Source: Paramecium tetraurelia (Eukaryota). From it: a DNA stretch of 24,689 nt. Positions within the stretch are counted from its first letter, which is position 1, and each line of letters starts with the position of its first letter. The notes beneath the pieces are model-generated. The model saw only the letters and a list, made by a program, of their open reading frames with translations. It made no database searches and was not told the origin of the DNA. The position numbers were made by a program, and so were the translations under genes. This document shows, in pieces, positions 1 to 11,009 of this stretch. The stretch lies in contig CT868485.1 in the NCBI GenBank assembly GCA_000165425.1, positions 434,001 to 458,689 of the forward strand, given 5' to 3'.

Positions 1-3000
1 ATTGAATCTTCCAACTAGGTAAACTGAGTATGAAGGCTATGTAATTCATTACCGTAACGAGTTAGGCTTGATTCGCTTAAAAAGGGAGAAAACAGTTGAA
101 TTATGCTATTTTACTTCGATTTTTTGTAGTGAAATTTAGACTAAATAAATCTGATGTAATTCCCTCTTGATTCTTCAACACAATGTAGAAGGCATAGTCT
201 GTTTAAGCAAATAAGTCTAAGGATATGCTTGATTTGGCCAAGATATTCAAATATCCATATTTTGATTAAGAAGACATATAGAGTGGAGGACCTAAACTCA
301 ATAGTTCTGAAATTTCAGGCTAGGTTGTTCTATTTAAACAATACATATAATAGGCTTCAGAAATTTGATTGATTTCAATGGAAATGGAAGCTGAGTACTG
401 TTTGATGTCTTCAACAGAAAATTTAGACAATTTTGGTTTAAGATTGGTGGCATCAATGTATTTGACTACTTATTATGGTGGTATGGTGTATAATGGATTA
501 TCACTGGAATAAAAGATGAGTCGATCATCTTCTGTCAGGATATCTAATTGAGTTTATCTAATTAACTCAGTATAATTTTAATAAACTCTGAAGGTTTGTG
601 AGTTAACTCCTACTTGGAATGTTAATTTAATGGAAGTCCCTGATTATTGACCAGACACAAAATAGAAAGTATTATCATTATTTTTGATTGTTACAGTAGT
701 TGTATCGTAGGGAGCATTGACAGTAGAAACAGTCATGGTTAGAGAATTACCTCCATTTGGAATAGGATATAAGGCAGTAACTAAAAAATTGAGTGTTTGA
801 GAAACAACTATAACTTTAGACTTTTTGATGGGAGTGTAAACGGGCTAGTCCTTTTCTCCATATGTCTTCCAATAAATATAGTATATGCCAGTCTACAATG
901 TTGAGGGAATCTAAACTCTGAATGTGGTAGACATTTTGGTATAGGAGAACACAATGTCTTTAGGAGTGACTTAGAAATCTCCAGTTTAAGTGTGTTTAAA
1001 AGTTAGGTTTAAGGCCATTGGGTATTCGACTAAAAATAATAAATCTGGAGACTCAGATCCTTGAGGGACTATGATATCTTAATCATTATTGATAAAGATC
1101 AATGGTCCAGAATATTAAAATTCATATTCAAATGGATCCAGATTTGGATATGATTGTTCTACAACTTATCTTTCATCTTTGGATTGCATAACAAATTGTT
1201 TAATGATCACCTCCGATAATGGATTTTCAACATAGACATTCAATTGCAATTGCCCATTTATTTGATTCGCATATGCTTTTAGAACATTACTAGTGTAAGT
1301 GCATTTGGAGAAACTACATGGAGCTAATTGGTCTGAGATTTCATAATCTTCTGGGAAATCCATTTCTAAATAACCATTGATTGGTATTTTGTTGTATAAT
1401 ATCATATCGAAAGTATATTTGGATTACCATCTTGAATATTGATTGGCCAATTGAATATTCACAAGATAGAGCCAACCAGGTGGAGTTAACATCTCCAACA
1501 CACCAACACTTCCATTATAATGAGTATATCGGCCACTTTGTCTAATACCAACTCTGAATTCCCCAGTATTAGAATTCTCTTCTGTATTTGGATTAATAAC
1601 ATTTTAGATCTCAACTAAGATTGAATTGTATGATGTGGCGTATTAGGATTCAGGGAGAGAGATAATTCTGTTATTTACACTTAAATCGGTTTTAATTGAA
1701 TTCACATATGCTTTTAAATTATCTCCTAATCTCTTGTCATAGGTGTTAGGGAAAGTGATAACAATGGAACCATTGACAGAATCACTAGTTTCAGTAGAAA
1801 TGTTAAATTAATATTTGGCCCTTACTCCTTGATTTTGTGGTTGAAAGGACATTTAGTTAATTACCAAGGAATTAGGCTTGCTGTAATAAGTGATAGTACG
1901 ATTTAGCAATGTACTTTAATCAGTACTATCTATCAACACTCCATCATAGTATGACTGAATAATAAATCCATCGCTGATTAGATCTGGTGGGTTCTATATG
2001 TTATTGATCATAAATTTAATGGATCCACTTTCGTACATTTTATTTAAGACTATAATGAAAGATGATCCATCCAATAAACAACTCTAAAATGAATCAGCAC
2101 CTCCTTCAACATCACAATCTGCTAGATTTGGAGGGTATGGTAAATTGTCAAAATTAGAACTAGGAAATGTGACATGTATTTCTGCTCCAATCAATAAACT
2201 GTTTTCAGGTTGGAATTCAATTGTATAAGTTGCAATTTCATTGATATTCAATGGGATTGCAAATAATTACAAAATATTGATAGTTCCTTATGAAAATACA
2301 TTTGTATAAAAATAAGAAACTAAATTATAAATATATAATTATACAGAAATTCTATCTTTAGTTGAGCATTCTTCCATCAATATAGATATATGCTGACCAT
2401 CCATCACTTTCATTATCAGGAGGACTTGTTGGAGTTTTTACACCCATACAGATTATTTAAAATATAGTTTTGGCAGGAATGGCTGTTAACTCAATTTCAT
2501 CAGGATCATACCCATTACAAGCTGGAGTTGGATTACTGGCTCTTAAGGCAAACTCATTTGGAAATTAGACTCTCATTGTTGCTCCTGCTGGGATGTCATT
2601 ATTAACACTAAATTCAAACTTAAAAATTTATCCTGGATATCCTCTTCCAGTTTAATATTATGTGATTGTGGCAGAGTTAAAGTCATTTGGATTTGGAGCT
2701 GGAAAAAAAGTGGCTCCACTTCCTTGAACAACAGCCTTTGATGCTTCCATATTGGATGTAAACACAACCCAATGTACATATCCAAAAGCTTTTGATGTTG
2801 TTGGCCATTTCAAATTTGATAACGTAATTATGCTCGTTGTAGATGCAGCTGAAGTTAATGGGATTTCTACCCAATCTATTTTCCTAAATTTATTGCAAGC
2901 CATATCAGTGATATCTACAGTGCATTTAGTTGTGTCTTAGAGAAATCCATTTTCATATCCTGGCAATTGGATTCTGATTACTGATCCTACTGGCACAGCC

Positions 3001-5395
3001 CCTGTAAAACCTGGTTAGAAAACAAGATTAAATAACTGATTTACTGCTTGTGCAGATGTAGAGAAACTTGATGTCAATGTTAATTCTGTTAAAGGAACTA
3101 TAGTGGACAGAGTAATAGTTATTGTAGCATAATCATAAATAATTCTATTGCTATATTATCTAATTCCACTATATATTGTTAAAATAATAGGGCTTAATTG
3201 TGGATTTTTAATTCCTGTAAGCTTGATGTTAATCGCTGTATTTTCAGTTATTTCCTTAAAATTCTTTAATCTAATTTCGGGTAAAGAAGTCGAACTACCT
3301 TAAAAGATTTCACAATCTATTAAATATTGATCTAAAGGAACAAGATCGGTAATACAAAATAGAGTATCAATTCCTAAATTAGAATCCCAAGTTAATAAAG
3401 GACCGAACTCAATCCATATTTCACCATGTGCAGATGGTGGTTCCAATGTAGGATAAGTAGGAGTTGTAGGAGTATCTGTACCTCCATCTGTTGTACCTCC
3501 ATCAGTGGTCGTACCTCCATCAGTAGTCGTACCTCCATCAGTCGTAGTACCTCCATCAGTAGTTGTACCTCCATCAGTAGTAGTGCCTTCATCTACAGTA
3601 CCTTCATCAGTTTCGTCATCTACTATAATGATGTATGGTGGAATTTTCACACTAGGAGTAAACTTAACTTATAAGGTTGCATATAAATTTACAGTACTTG
3701 TTGATAACTTAAATATTTATAAATATAATTACTCCTTAACCATACCAAGTAAATTATGCTCCACTATCCAATTTTGGATTTATAGTTATTTTAACACTTC
3801 CAGATTCAATGTCTACATTCGAAGTATCAAATGTATCATAAATTAAAAATTAATTTATTGCATAAGGAGGTGCCTTAAGAATTCCATTTATGTCAACAGT
3901 TTTAGTTCCTGAAACTGAGGTAGCGAATGTCATTGTCAAAGTTGTATTAACAAGTTCGCAAAGTGAAGATGATGCTCCTCCTAATTAACATTAAATATTC
4001 GTAGGAGTTGTAACCTAATATTACCATTATGGTCCAAAATTAATCACAATTTTACTAGCTAAATTCTTGATGCTATTAATAGTAAACTACAAATTTGTAA
4101 GAGAATTAGCATAAGGACTAGTAAGTGTAGCTACCACTGGGCTATATGTAGTTAATTCTATTATGTTGACTGCTAAATTAGTATTGCATTGTTCAATTAT
4201 ATGAGTTCCATCATAGGTAGTTTGAACAATAAACGATTGACTCTAGCCAGCAATTTAAGGATTGACAACTCTGAATACTATTTCAATATCACTATATTAA
4301 GGTATCTGATATAAAAATGATTTATACTTCTTCAAAATCTGTAATTATGAATTAATACAAGGTTGATGAAATAGCCAATGCATCACTCACAATGCCAGAT
4401 GATACAAATATGTAATCATATCCATTGGCCAATTAAAAATTCAATGGCAATTAGACTATAATGCTTCCACTCTTGGGTACAGCATTTTTTATTTTTAAAT
4501 TGAGTTTGTAATCAGAAATTATAGTGGTCTTTTTTGATCCTGGGGTTATTGTGATAGTTATGAATTGACTAGGCTAAATGTATAGGCCATCAACAGCTGA
4601 TCTCCATGCATAGGCCATTTTTGTATTCTTTCTATAAGCTACGATTCTAAAACTAGGAGTAGTCTAAGAATAGGATGGGTTTTTAAAATTGATTTGAATA
4701 CCAAATGTAAACAAAGCAGCCACACTAGGGAAGCCAGTTACAATAATTCCATCCTCACATTTGATTTCACCACTTAGGGTTACGAAATTAAATGGAATCA
4801 ATTTACATGTAGTCAGATCACTAATCAATGGACTAGTAATTTATAAGTAAAATCCCGATGGCAAATCAATAGGAGGTTTTATATAAAAATTATATAAGGC
4901 CATTTCATTAACCACATTAGTACTAGTCTCATCAATTTTGATTATCATGGAGTTCAAATCAAGCGCATAATCAGCTATACCAACAGTTCCAAAAATCAAG
5001 TTTTCATCAAAAACATTCTGTCCAAGTTTAGACCTTACAATGAAATTTCCTGTTCCACCTTTTCTCTCAGGGTTCTTTATATTATTGATTTTGACAGTAA
5101 TAGTCTCATTGATTTGAATGTCATTTTCCATATAAAAGCGAACCAAGTATCCACTAATTGTGCAAACATGTGAGCAGGTATCATCTAAGACAAGATCTAT
5201 GCCCAAGCCAGAGAGATATTATGATGGGAAGATGATTTATAATTCACCTCCAATAGGAATAGCTGATTCTGGAATCATCTTGAAGGTGTAATCCGCAAAT
5301 TCATATCGATTTGAAATTGATAATGTTATTGCATCAGAAGTTGGCCATAAGGTACCACAGAGGATGTTTTATATTTGTAGTAAAATAAAAAGCAT
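1..5395 (-). CDS. Large secreted/surface protein with ~10 tandem beta-rich modules; 3' end lies outside the window (>1770 aa)
   Basis: ATG at 5395 gives MLFILLQIQNILCGTLW, a short hydrophobic leader. Introns at 4306-4327 (22 nt), 3708-3732 (25 nt) and 2320-2344 (25 nt) join ORF-track pieces 4841-5206, 3300-3650, 2658-2903 and 1166-1405 into one frame that stays open to base 1. The motif Y/F-x-F...(I)P-x-G-x-x-I-x-I-x-FP...I-x-NP recurs along the protein. Confidence 0.9.
3478..3610 (-). repeat. Coding minisatellite, 18-bp unit encoding TTTDGG (5 full units flanked by 15-bp variants)
   Basis: On the + strand cctcc/ccttc recurs at 3481, 3496, 3514, 3532, 3550, 3568, 3586 and 3601. Translation: DEGTVDEG(TTTDGG)5TTDGGTD. 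Confidence 0.95.
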
Positions 5396-6099
5396 ATTAA
5401 ATTATTTATGAAAAACATTTACTTTTAATATTTGAATATCTCAAACTAAAGTTTCTTAGAAACAAAAATTTCAAGAAAAGAATCAAATAGATAGGTCTGA
5501 CAAAGAAAAATGAAGGATTAGATGAGATTAATTTTATTGAAATTGTTCTTTATTTTTTCCCTACAAAGTTCTTTTAGCAATATAAAAGACTGATTAAGTG
5601 ATTTCCTTAACTGTATCTTAAATAATAATCTATTTTGAATTAAATATAAAACTAAACATAAATCATCAATAATTCTATTACTATAAAGTCTAATTTCACT
5701 ATGTATTGATATATCAAAAGTATCATAATATTGCATAAGTAGGTGCCTTATGAATTTCATTTATTTAAATATTTTATGTTCCAATATCAGGTTAAAATTA
5801 ATTATTAAAAAGAATATTAATGTGAATTATTGTAAATGTTAGTCATAACCAATTATCATAATGAAATAACATAAGAAATATCTATTTTAATCCATATAAA
5901 TGCATTCATAATGAATTGTATCTTAAAATAACATTAAAAAGAAAATTAAAAACAAATATTGGTTTAATTAAATCTATACGCCAAGCTTTCATTTTATAAG
6001 TTCTTATTATTATGAGTTAGAGGATTTGTTGGGAAAAAATATAATTAATTTATAAATGATTTATATGAGTTAATTACTTATGTATTTTTTTAAATAATA

Positions 6100-6723
6100 T
6101 CAGTACCAACAATGCCTATCCCTACTTTGTTTTGATCTCATTAAAACCAGATCCTCTCTACTTAATTCTCCATCAACAGCCATTTTATCAGTCTTATAAC
6201 TCCACATTCCACTCTTTTGACGCATTTCAAGTGTTTATTTTTATTTCTTAATTTTTTTAGCCACTCCTGCAAATTTCTCTTCTAATCTATCCTCTAAGCT
6301 TTTCATTTCCTCAACAGTTGGTTTTTTACGAAATTAATATGGTTTGAACACAGGAATATCTTAACCAAATGCCTCTCTTATCAAAAGAGACTTTTAATTC
6401 AACATTGTTAATATTTCTCTTGATTCCATTTCTAATGTTTATTCATTAAGAATAACTAAGAAATCTCCAGCTTCTAGCTGTTTTAAGAATTAAGTATCTT
6501 AACCATGAACAGATGTACCAGAAGTAAATATCATCCCTAACCCATCTTATAATGGTTTATCAATCACGACTCTTTTTGCTGGTCCTTTTTCTTGAATTTT
6601 CTCTAAGAATTATTATTCATCTTAAGCAAGTTCCTCTCTTTCTACTTTATTTCTTATTTTTTATTCATTTTTCTCTTGTTTTTCACCAAAAGAGCCTTTG
6701 AATTTTAATTTTCCTACACTCAT
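6100..6723 (-). CDS. Intronless 207-aa basic protein with FRG1-like N- and C-terminal motifs (putative nuclear/spliceosome-associated)
   Basis: ATG 6723 to TGA 6100-6102, 208 codons, no internal TGA. It begins MSVGKLKFKG and ends DGELSREDLVLMRSKQSRDRHCWY, resembling the FRG1 termini as I recall them (KLxLKG; LLDRRxKLKxDRYCK). The gene model is firm and the family call is tentative. Confidence 0.8.
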
Positions 6724-6774
6724 TATTTAAATTTTAATATTAATATTAATATTAATCGCATAAACATTATATTT

Positions 6775-7715
6775 TCAAAATATCTATAAGGGTACTTTTG
6801 GTGCGTATTTTGGACCATATGTGTCGTATAATTCCTTCAATCCTTGAATATAAATTTGGTGATATTTATCGACATCCTCCTTAGATGGATTCTCAATCTT
6901 AGGTAATTCTATCCCTTTACCACAAACAGTTATCATTTCAGTATGAGGTTCCTTTTGATAATAAATATAATAATACAGGCACTGTTAAAAATCTACTCCA
7001 ATAGATGGTACCTATTAATTTAAATTTGTTAAGCCAAAGTCTCAACGATTAAAACCCATTATAAGTATAAAACATATTGTTTTCACCAAACGTAAAGACA
7101 GGATAGATTGTAGTTCCATATCTCAATGCATATTTTATGAAACCTTTTCTTTCCTTAATATAAACTCTATTTTCTCCATATTTGGTTAGAGTTGCCTCCT
7201 CAAATCCCCCTACCATAATTCCTACATTTGACCCCTTTTTCAACAGCTTAGTTAGATTTTCAGGATGCACTCCTTATAATCCAAACAATGTTAGTAATAA
7301 CCCTGAAAATGGAATTGATAGCGCAAATCTTGAACTTAATACCACTAAATTTTCGAAGAATGTATTTTTTGTGTACAAATTATGTACCATTCCCATACTG
7401 TATATGCCATGAGGATGAAAACAAAACTAAATTATCATAATCTTGTACCATTGAATTGCTTTTCTTAGGTTTTTCCACTTCCACTATCTCTCTCTTGTCA
7501 AACCATTCCATCATTTAAAACCATAATTAGAATTTTATGAATAATTCTGATTTCACATATTTGATTTGTAAGATCATGGTCACAATAAAAAGAACTATAT
7601 TCCAAGTCTCTCTATAAACAATCAATCTGTAGACCATGTAGCCAGCCAGTCCCATAAATAAAATCCAGAATTAAAAGAAAAATGTTCCCAAGAGTACTTT
7701 GAAAGATTTTGCCAT
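6775..7715 (-). CDS. DGAT2: Diacylglycerol/monoacylglycerol O-acyltransferase, DGAT2/MOGAT (DAGAT) family, 297 aa
   Basis: ATG 7715, introns 7427-7448 (22 nt) and 6952-6976 (25 nt), TGA 6775-6777. It has an N-terminal hydrophobic segment and the family motifs FCFHPHG, GGFEEA, RKGFIKYAL, PVFTFGEN and VDKYHQIYIQGL. Confidence 0.93.
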
Positions 7716-7883
7716 AATTAAATAATATAATCTCTTTAAAAGAAAGAGTCTTGCTATTTTAAAGTGAATTATTACGATTACGATTAAATTAAGACGTATT
7801 TTATAATTATTCTAAAATTATAATAATTAATGTGACGAAATTCTTTTGACGATTTATATTTAATTTATATACTTTATATTTCC

Positions 7884-10800
7884 TCATTTCTATTCTTAGT
7901 TTAAAGTCTATTTGTTTATTAATTTTTCTAGATTTTTTGCAATGTATTCATCTATCTTCTGCTTTAATTCTTTCTACTCAATCACCATATCCAAAGTTAA
8001 TGGACTCCTATCAAAAGGATCAATTGAATTATTCAGAAGATGCTTTTTAATGGTGAGCCTATCCACAATTACCTAAACATCGATTACAATCATACATTTG
8101 AATGAGGAAGTTTAACTGGATCATTCATGAACGAAAAACATAATGGATCTAAGAACTCTTCTGGTATATCTTCCTAATTTTAAAAAAGGACTTTTTATTT
8201 CTAACTTAATTCTTCAACTTAGTTTATGAATTCTTCAAATTATAAGCTATATTTTTCATAATTGATGTATTATTTTGTTTCATTTTATGTTTTCTTGAAT
8301 AATTCAACTGAAAATGATCTATTTTAATAAACATATATGTTACCTTTCATCCTTAACTACTTCAAGAATGAACTACTAGTTTTTTCTCAAATTAGTGTAG
8401 ACATTTATTAAAATTTCAACAACAAACATTTTATCGAAATTTTATACATCAATATTCTAAGCAATATCTTCAGATGATTTACCATTAATTTGCTCTAAAA
8501 TATAATTTAAATGAATTGCTAATTTTTCTCTAATTTCATCAATCAAAAATATTTCAGGTTAAATAGAAGTTATCACCTCTAATGATCGTAAATATTCATA
8601 AAAAAATTATGATTTAATAGTTAGTTCTTTTTGCAACTTATGAAGTTGATGATTTTAGAAAAAGGACTGTTATTCAACTTATAATTTCTTTATATTTTTT
8701 AAGGATAATAAGCATTCCTCTATTACATATATGAAGTCGTTCAAAAAGTAATTAGAAAAGTGCAATTACTGTTCTTAATCATTCTTAAATCCGTGAAACA
8801 AACTCTCTTGATATAAACTTTTATGTACTTAAAGGAGGTATCTTATTATTAAACAAATTTTAACTCTAATGTTTAACTTCTAGAAATATTGATTTCCTTC
8901 TGCCACTTTCTCTGTATCGATAAAAGATTATATTAATCCATCAACCAGGCATGTTCTAAGGAATTTGGAGTCAAACAAAATATTAAGTTCTTAAGATTGC
9001 CTCCAATTTTACCGTGTATACTTTTACAAAAATGAACCTTTTGTCTCATCAATGATTTAAAATATATTTATCGATCTTATTCTTAAGTGAGGATTTGGAA
9101 GTAATTTTTTGTTCATTGATATTGCTGCAAACTCACAACATTTTTGTAATTCTATGACATAGTTTATAATTTCATCGTTATAAGCATAAATTGATACAAA
9201 TGTTTAGGTATCAATTAAAAAGGTGGCCGACAATAATCCATAAGGATAAATAGGTTTTAGATCTGTATCTATTAGACTTAAAGCTAATTAATTAGCAAAA
9301 CTTAAAAATTGAGTGATGTATTTTATACCCTTAGGGTGTAAAATTTATAGGTCGAAAGAGATTTTCCTTTTTAACAGTATATCAAACACTTAAGTTTAAA
9401 AGGCCTCTTGCGGTAAATCTTTCATCTCTCTCATAATTGTTGAGATGTAAAATTATTGTAAACAGGTAGCCACAATATGACTTAATCTTTAAGTCAATAG
9501 ATATAAAGCTGTCATTGGATCGATAATAGTTTTAAACTCTTTAGGTTCAACAAATGGTGTTAATTCTGAAGCCAACAAGTCAACATTCTAATACAAAGGT
9601 TAAAAGAGAGGATGTTTCTTACAATAACTTAATAAATTTAAATCGATTTTCTTTATGAACAAGTTAATTGTAGTTTATGAATCTGCAAATTTGTTGAATA
9701 GATAGGTAAGAATATAAAATAAATGATTCACTAATCCTGGACTTGATGACAATTTTTACAACTAAATGTTCAATTATTTTTCTAAATTTAAATTCAATTT
9801 AATGATATTAGATAAAAATTCAAAAAATTTATATCTAAGTATTTCGTTTGAATTCAAAATCTTTTCAAATAGCATGCATAAATCATCTATGATTGTAAAC
9901 ATTCTTGTTCTCAAACTACTCATTTGCTCCATCATCTATTTCCTATCATCCGAGAAATGGCTTTTCCATAGATGTCCATCTGTTGGAAAGGAGCTTAAGG
10001 ATAACAAAATCCCAACTAAGCTTCTTTATTAAAAATTAATTCCAGTATTAATCAAATCGAAATTGCAATACGCCCAGCTGTTTGATAATAGTTTCTCCAT
10101 CAGCTTTTTGTATTATGCCAAAATATGCAATAGAGCAAGTGAATGCTATTATAATCGAATATCGTCAAAAGCTAACCGCGTATATAATTTGAGTTCTCTC
10201 TTCAACATAAGTTCTAAAAATTTAAATGAATCATCTTCACTCGCTTATGTTTCTAAATAATCTAATAAGTTTATAAGTGTATTTTAGGATATGCCAAAAT
10301 TATTTGAGCAGAATATTTCATTAAAGATAATGTTGGCTCTAAAGTTTTTAGCATCCTCAAAGACATTAGGGTCTTCATCAATGTTTTACCACTCAAAAGC
10401 GTCAGGATATAATGTACAAGTAAGTAGTTGACCTTAAATATGATTTAAGAGGTCAAAATATCTTTCTTTTTTGATTTTGCCTTCAGCCAAATTCACTATT
10501 TCATTTGTAACTTAGGAATTAGATAGAGAAGACAATGATTTAATAAGGAAATCTAGTTTTTCTTATTCAGTAAACTAGGAGGATGTTAAAAATTGGTAAT
10601 AAACTTGTTCTATTAAAAAATCAACTGTCAATATTTAATTCTTGGGTATAAAATCGACTTCCTTACCATAAATCTATTAGGTATTTGTAAATATTCCAAA
10701 AGTTCTAGTCAACCAAATATTTTCAATATCCTAAGCGCTCTATATTTCCTCATCAATATTTTATAAATCTGCTTTATCATTTTAGTGGCTATTGAGATTT

Positions 10801-10949
10801 TGGGTAAACTAATATTAATTTGGTTGATTAGAATTTAATTCTTAACTTTCAACGTTTTTTTCATTTTTTTATGCAGGATATTGAGTTAATTTTGCATTAG
10901 ATTATTCCTCTTGCTGAGAATTCATTTAAGCAGGCTAAGCCTAACCCAT
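7884..10949 (-). CDS. UFD2: Ubiquitin conjugation factor E4 (Ufd2/UBE4 core plus C-terminal U-box), 1005 aa
   Basis: ATG 10949, introns 8319-8343 (25 nt) and 8073-8095 (23 nt), TGA 7884-7886. Ufd2-core motifs: NPHLR, FIDTEK...YFQKLNIR, FLND..VIEE, DERSF. U-box: [49 protein letters not shown]. Confidence 0.92.
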
Positions 10950-11009
10950 AATATGATTAATAAATAAATAATTAAAATATAATAATTTGTATAATTTCCA
11001 AATTATTTC

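Noticed and set aside
3481..3610. Regularly spaced repeats as a possible CRISPR array
   Set aside because: They are contiguous 18-bp coding units with no unique spacers, in a eukaryotic gene.
3392..3846. ORFs 3505-3846 (+, VVPPSVV), 3426-3674 (+) and 3392-3592 (-, LLMEV repeats)
   Set aside because: These are antisense or alternative-frame shadows of the TTTDGG repeat. Variation is synonymous only in the TTTDGG frame.
4339..4358. Perfect-looking 20-nt GT..AG intron on the minus strand
   Set aside because: Splicing it creates an immediate TGA. The adjacent 4306-4327 intron restores the frame.
5396..6099. 700-bp spacer with ORF 5518-5760 and short lysine-rich plus-strand frames
   Set aside because: No recognisable motif or consistent gene model. 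A decayed gene cannot be excluded but is unsupported.
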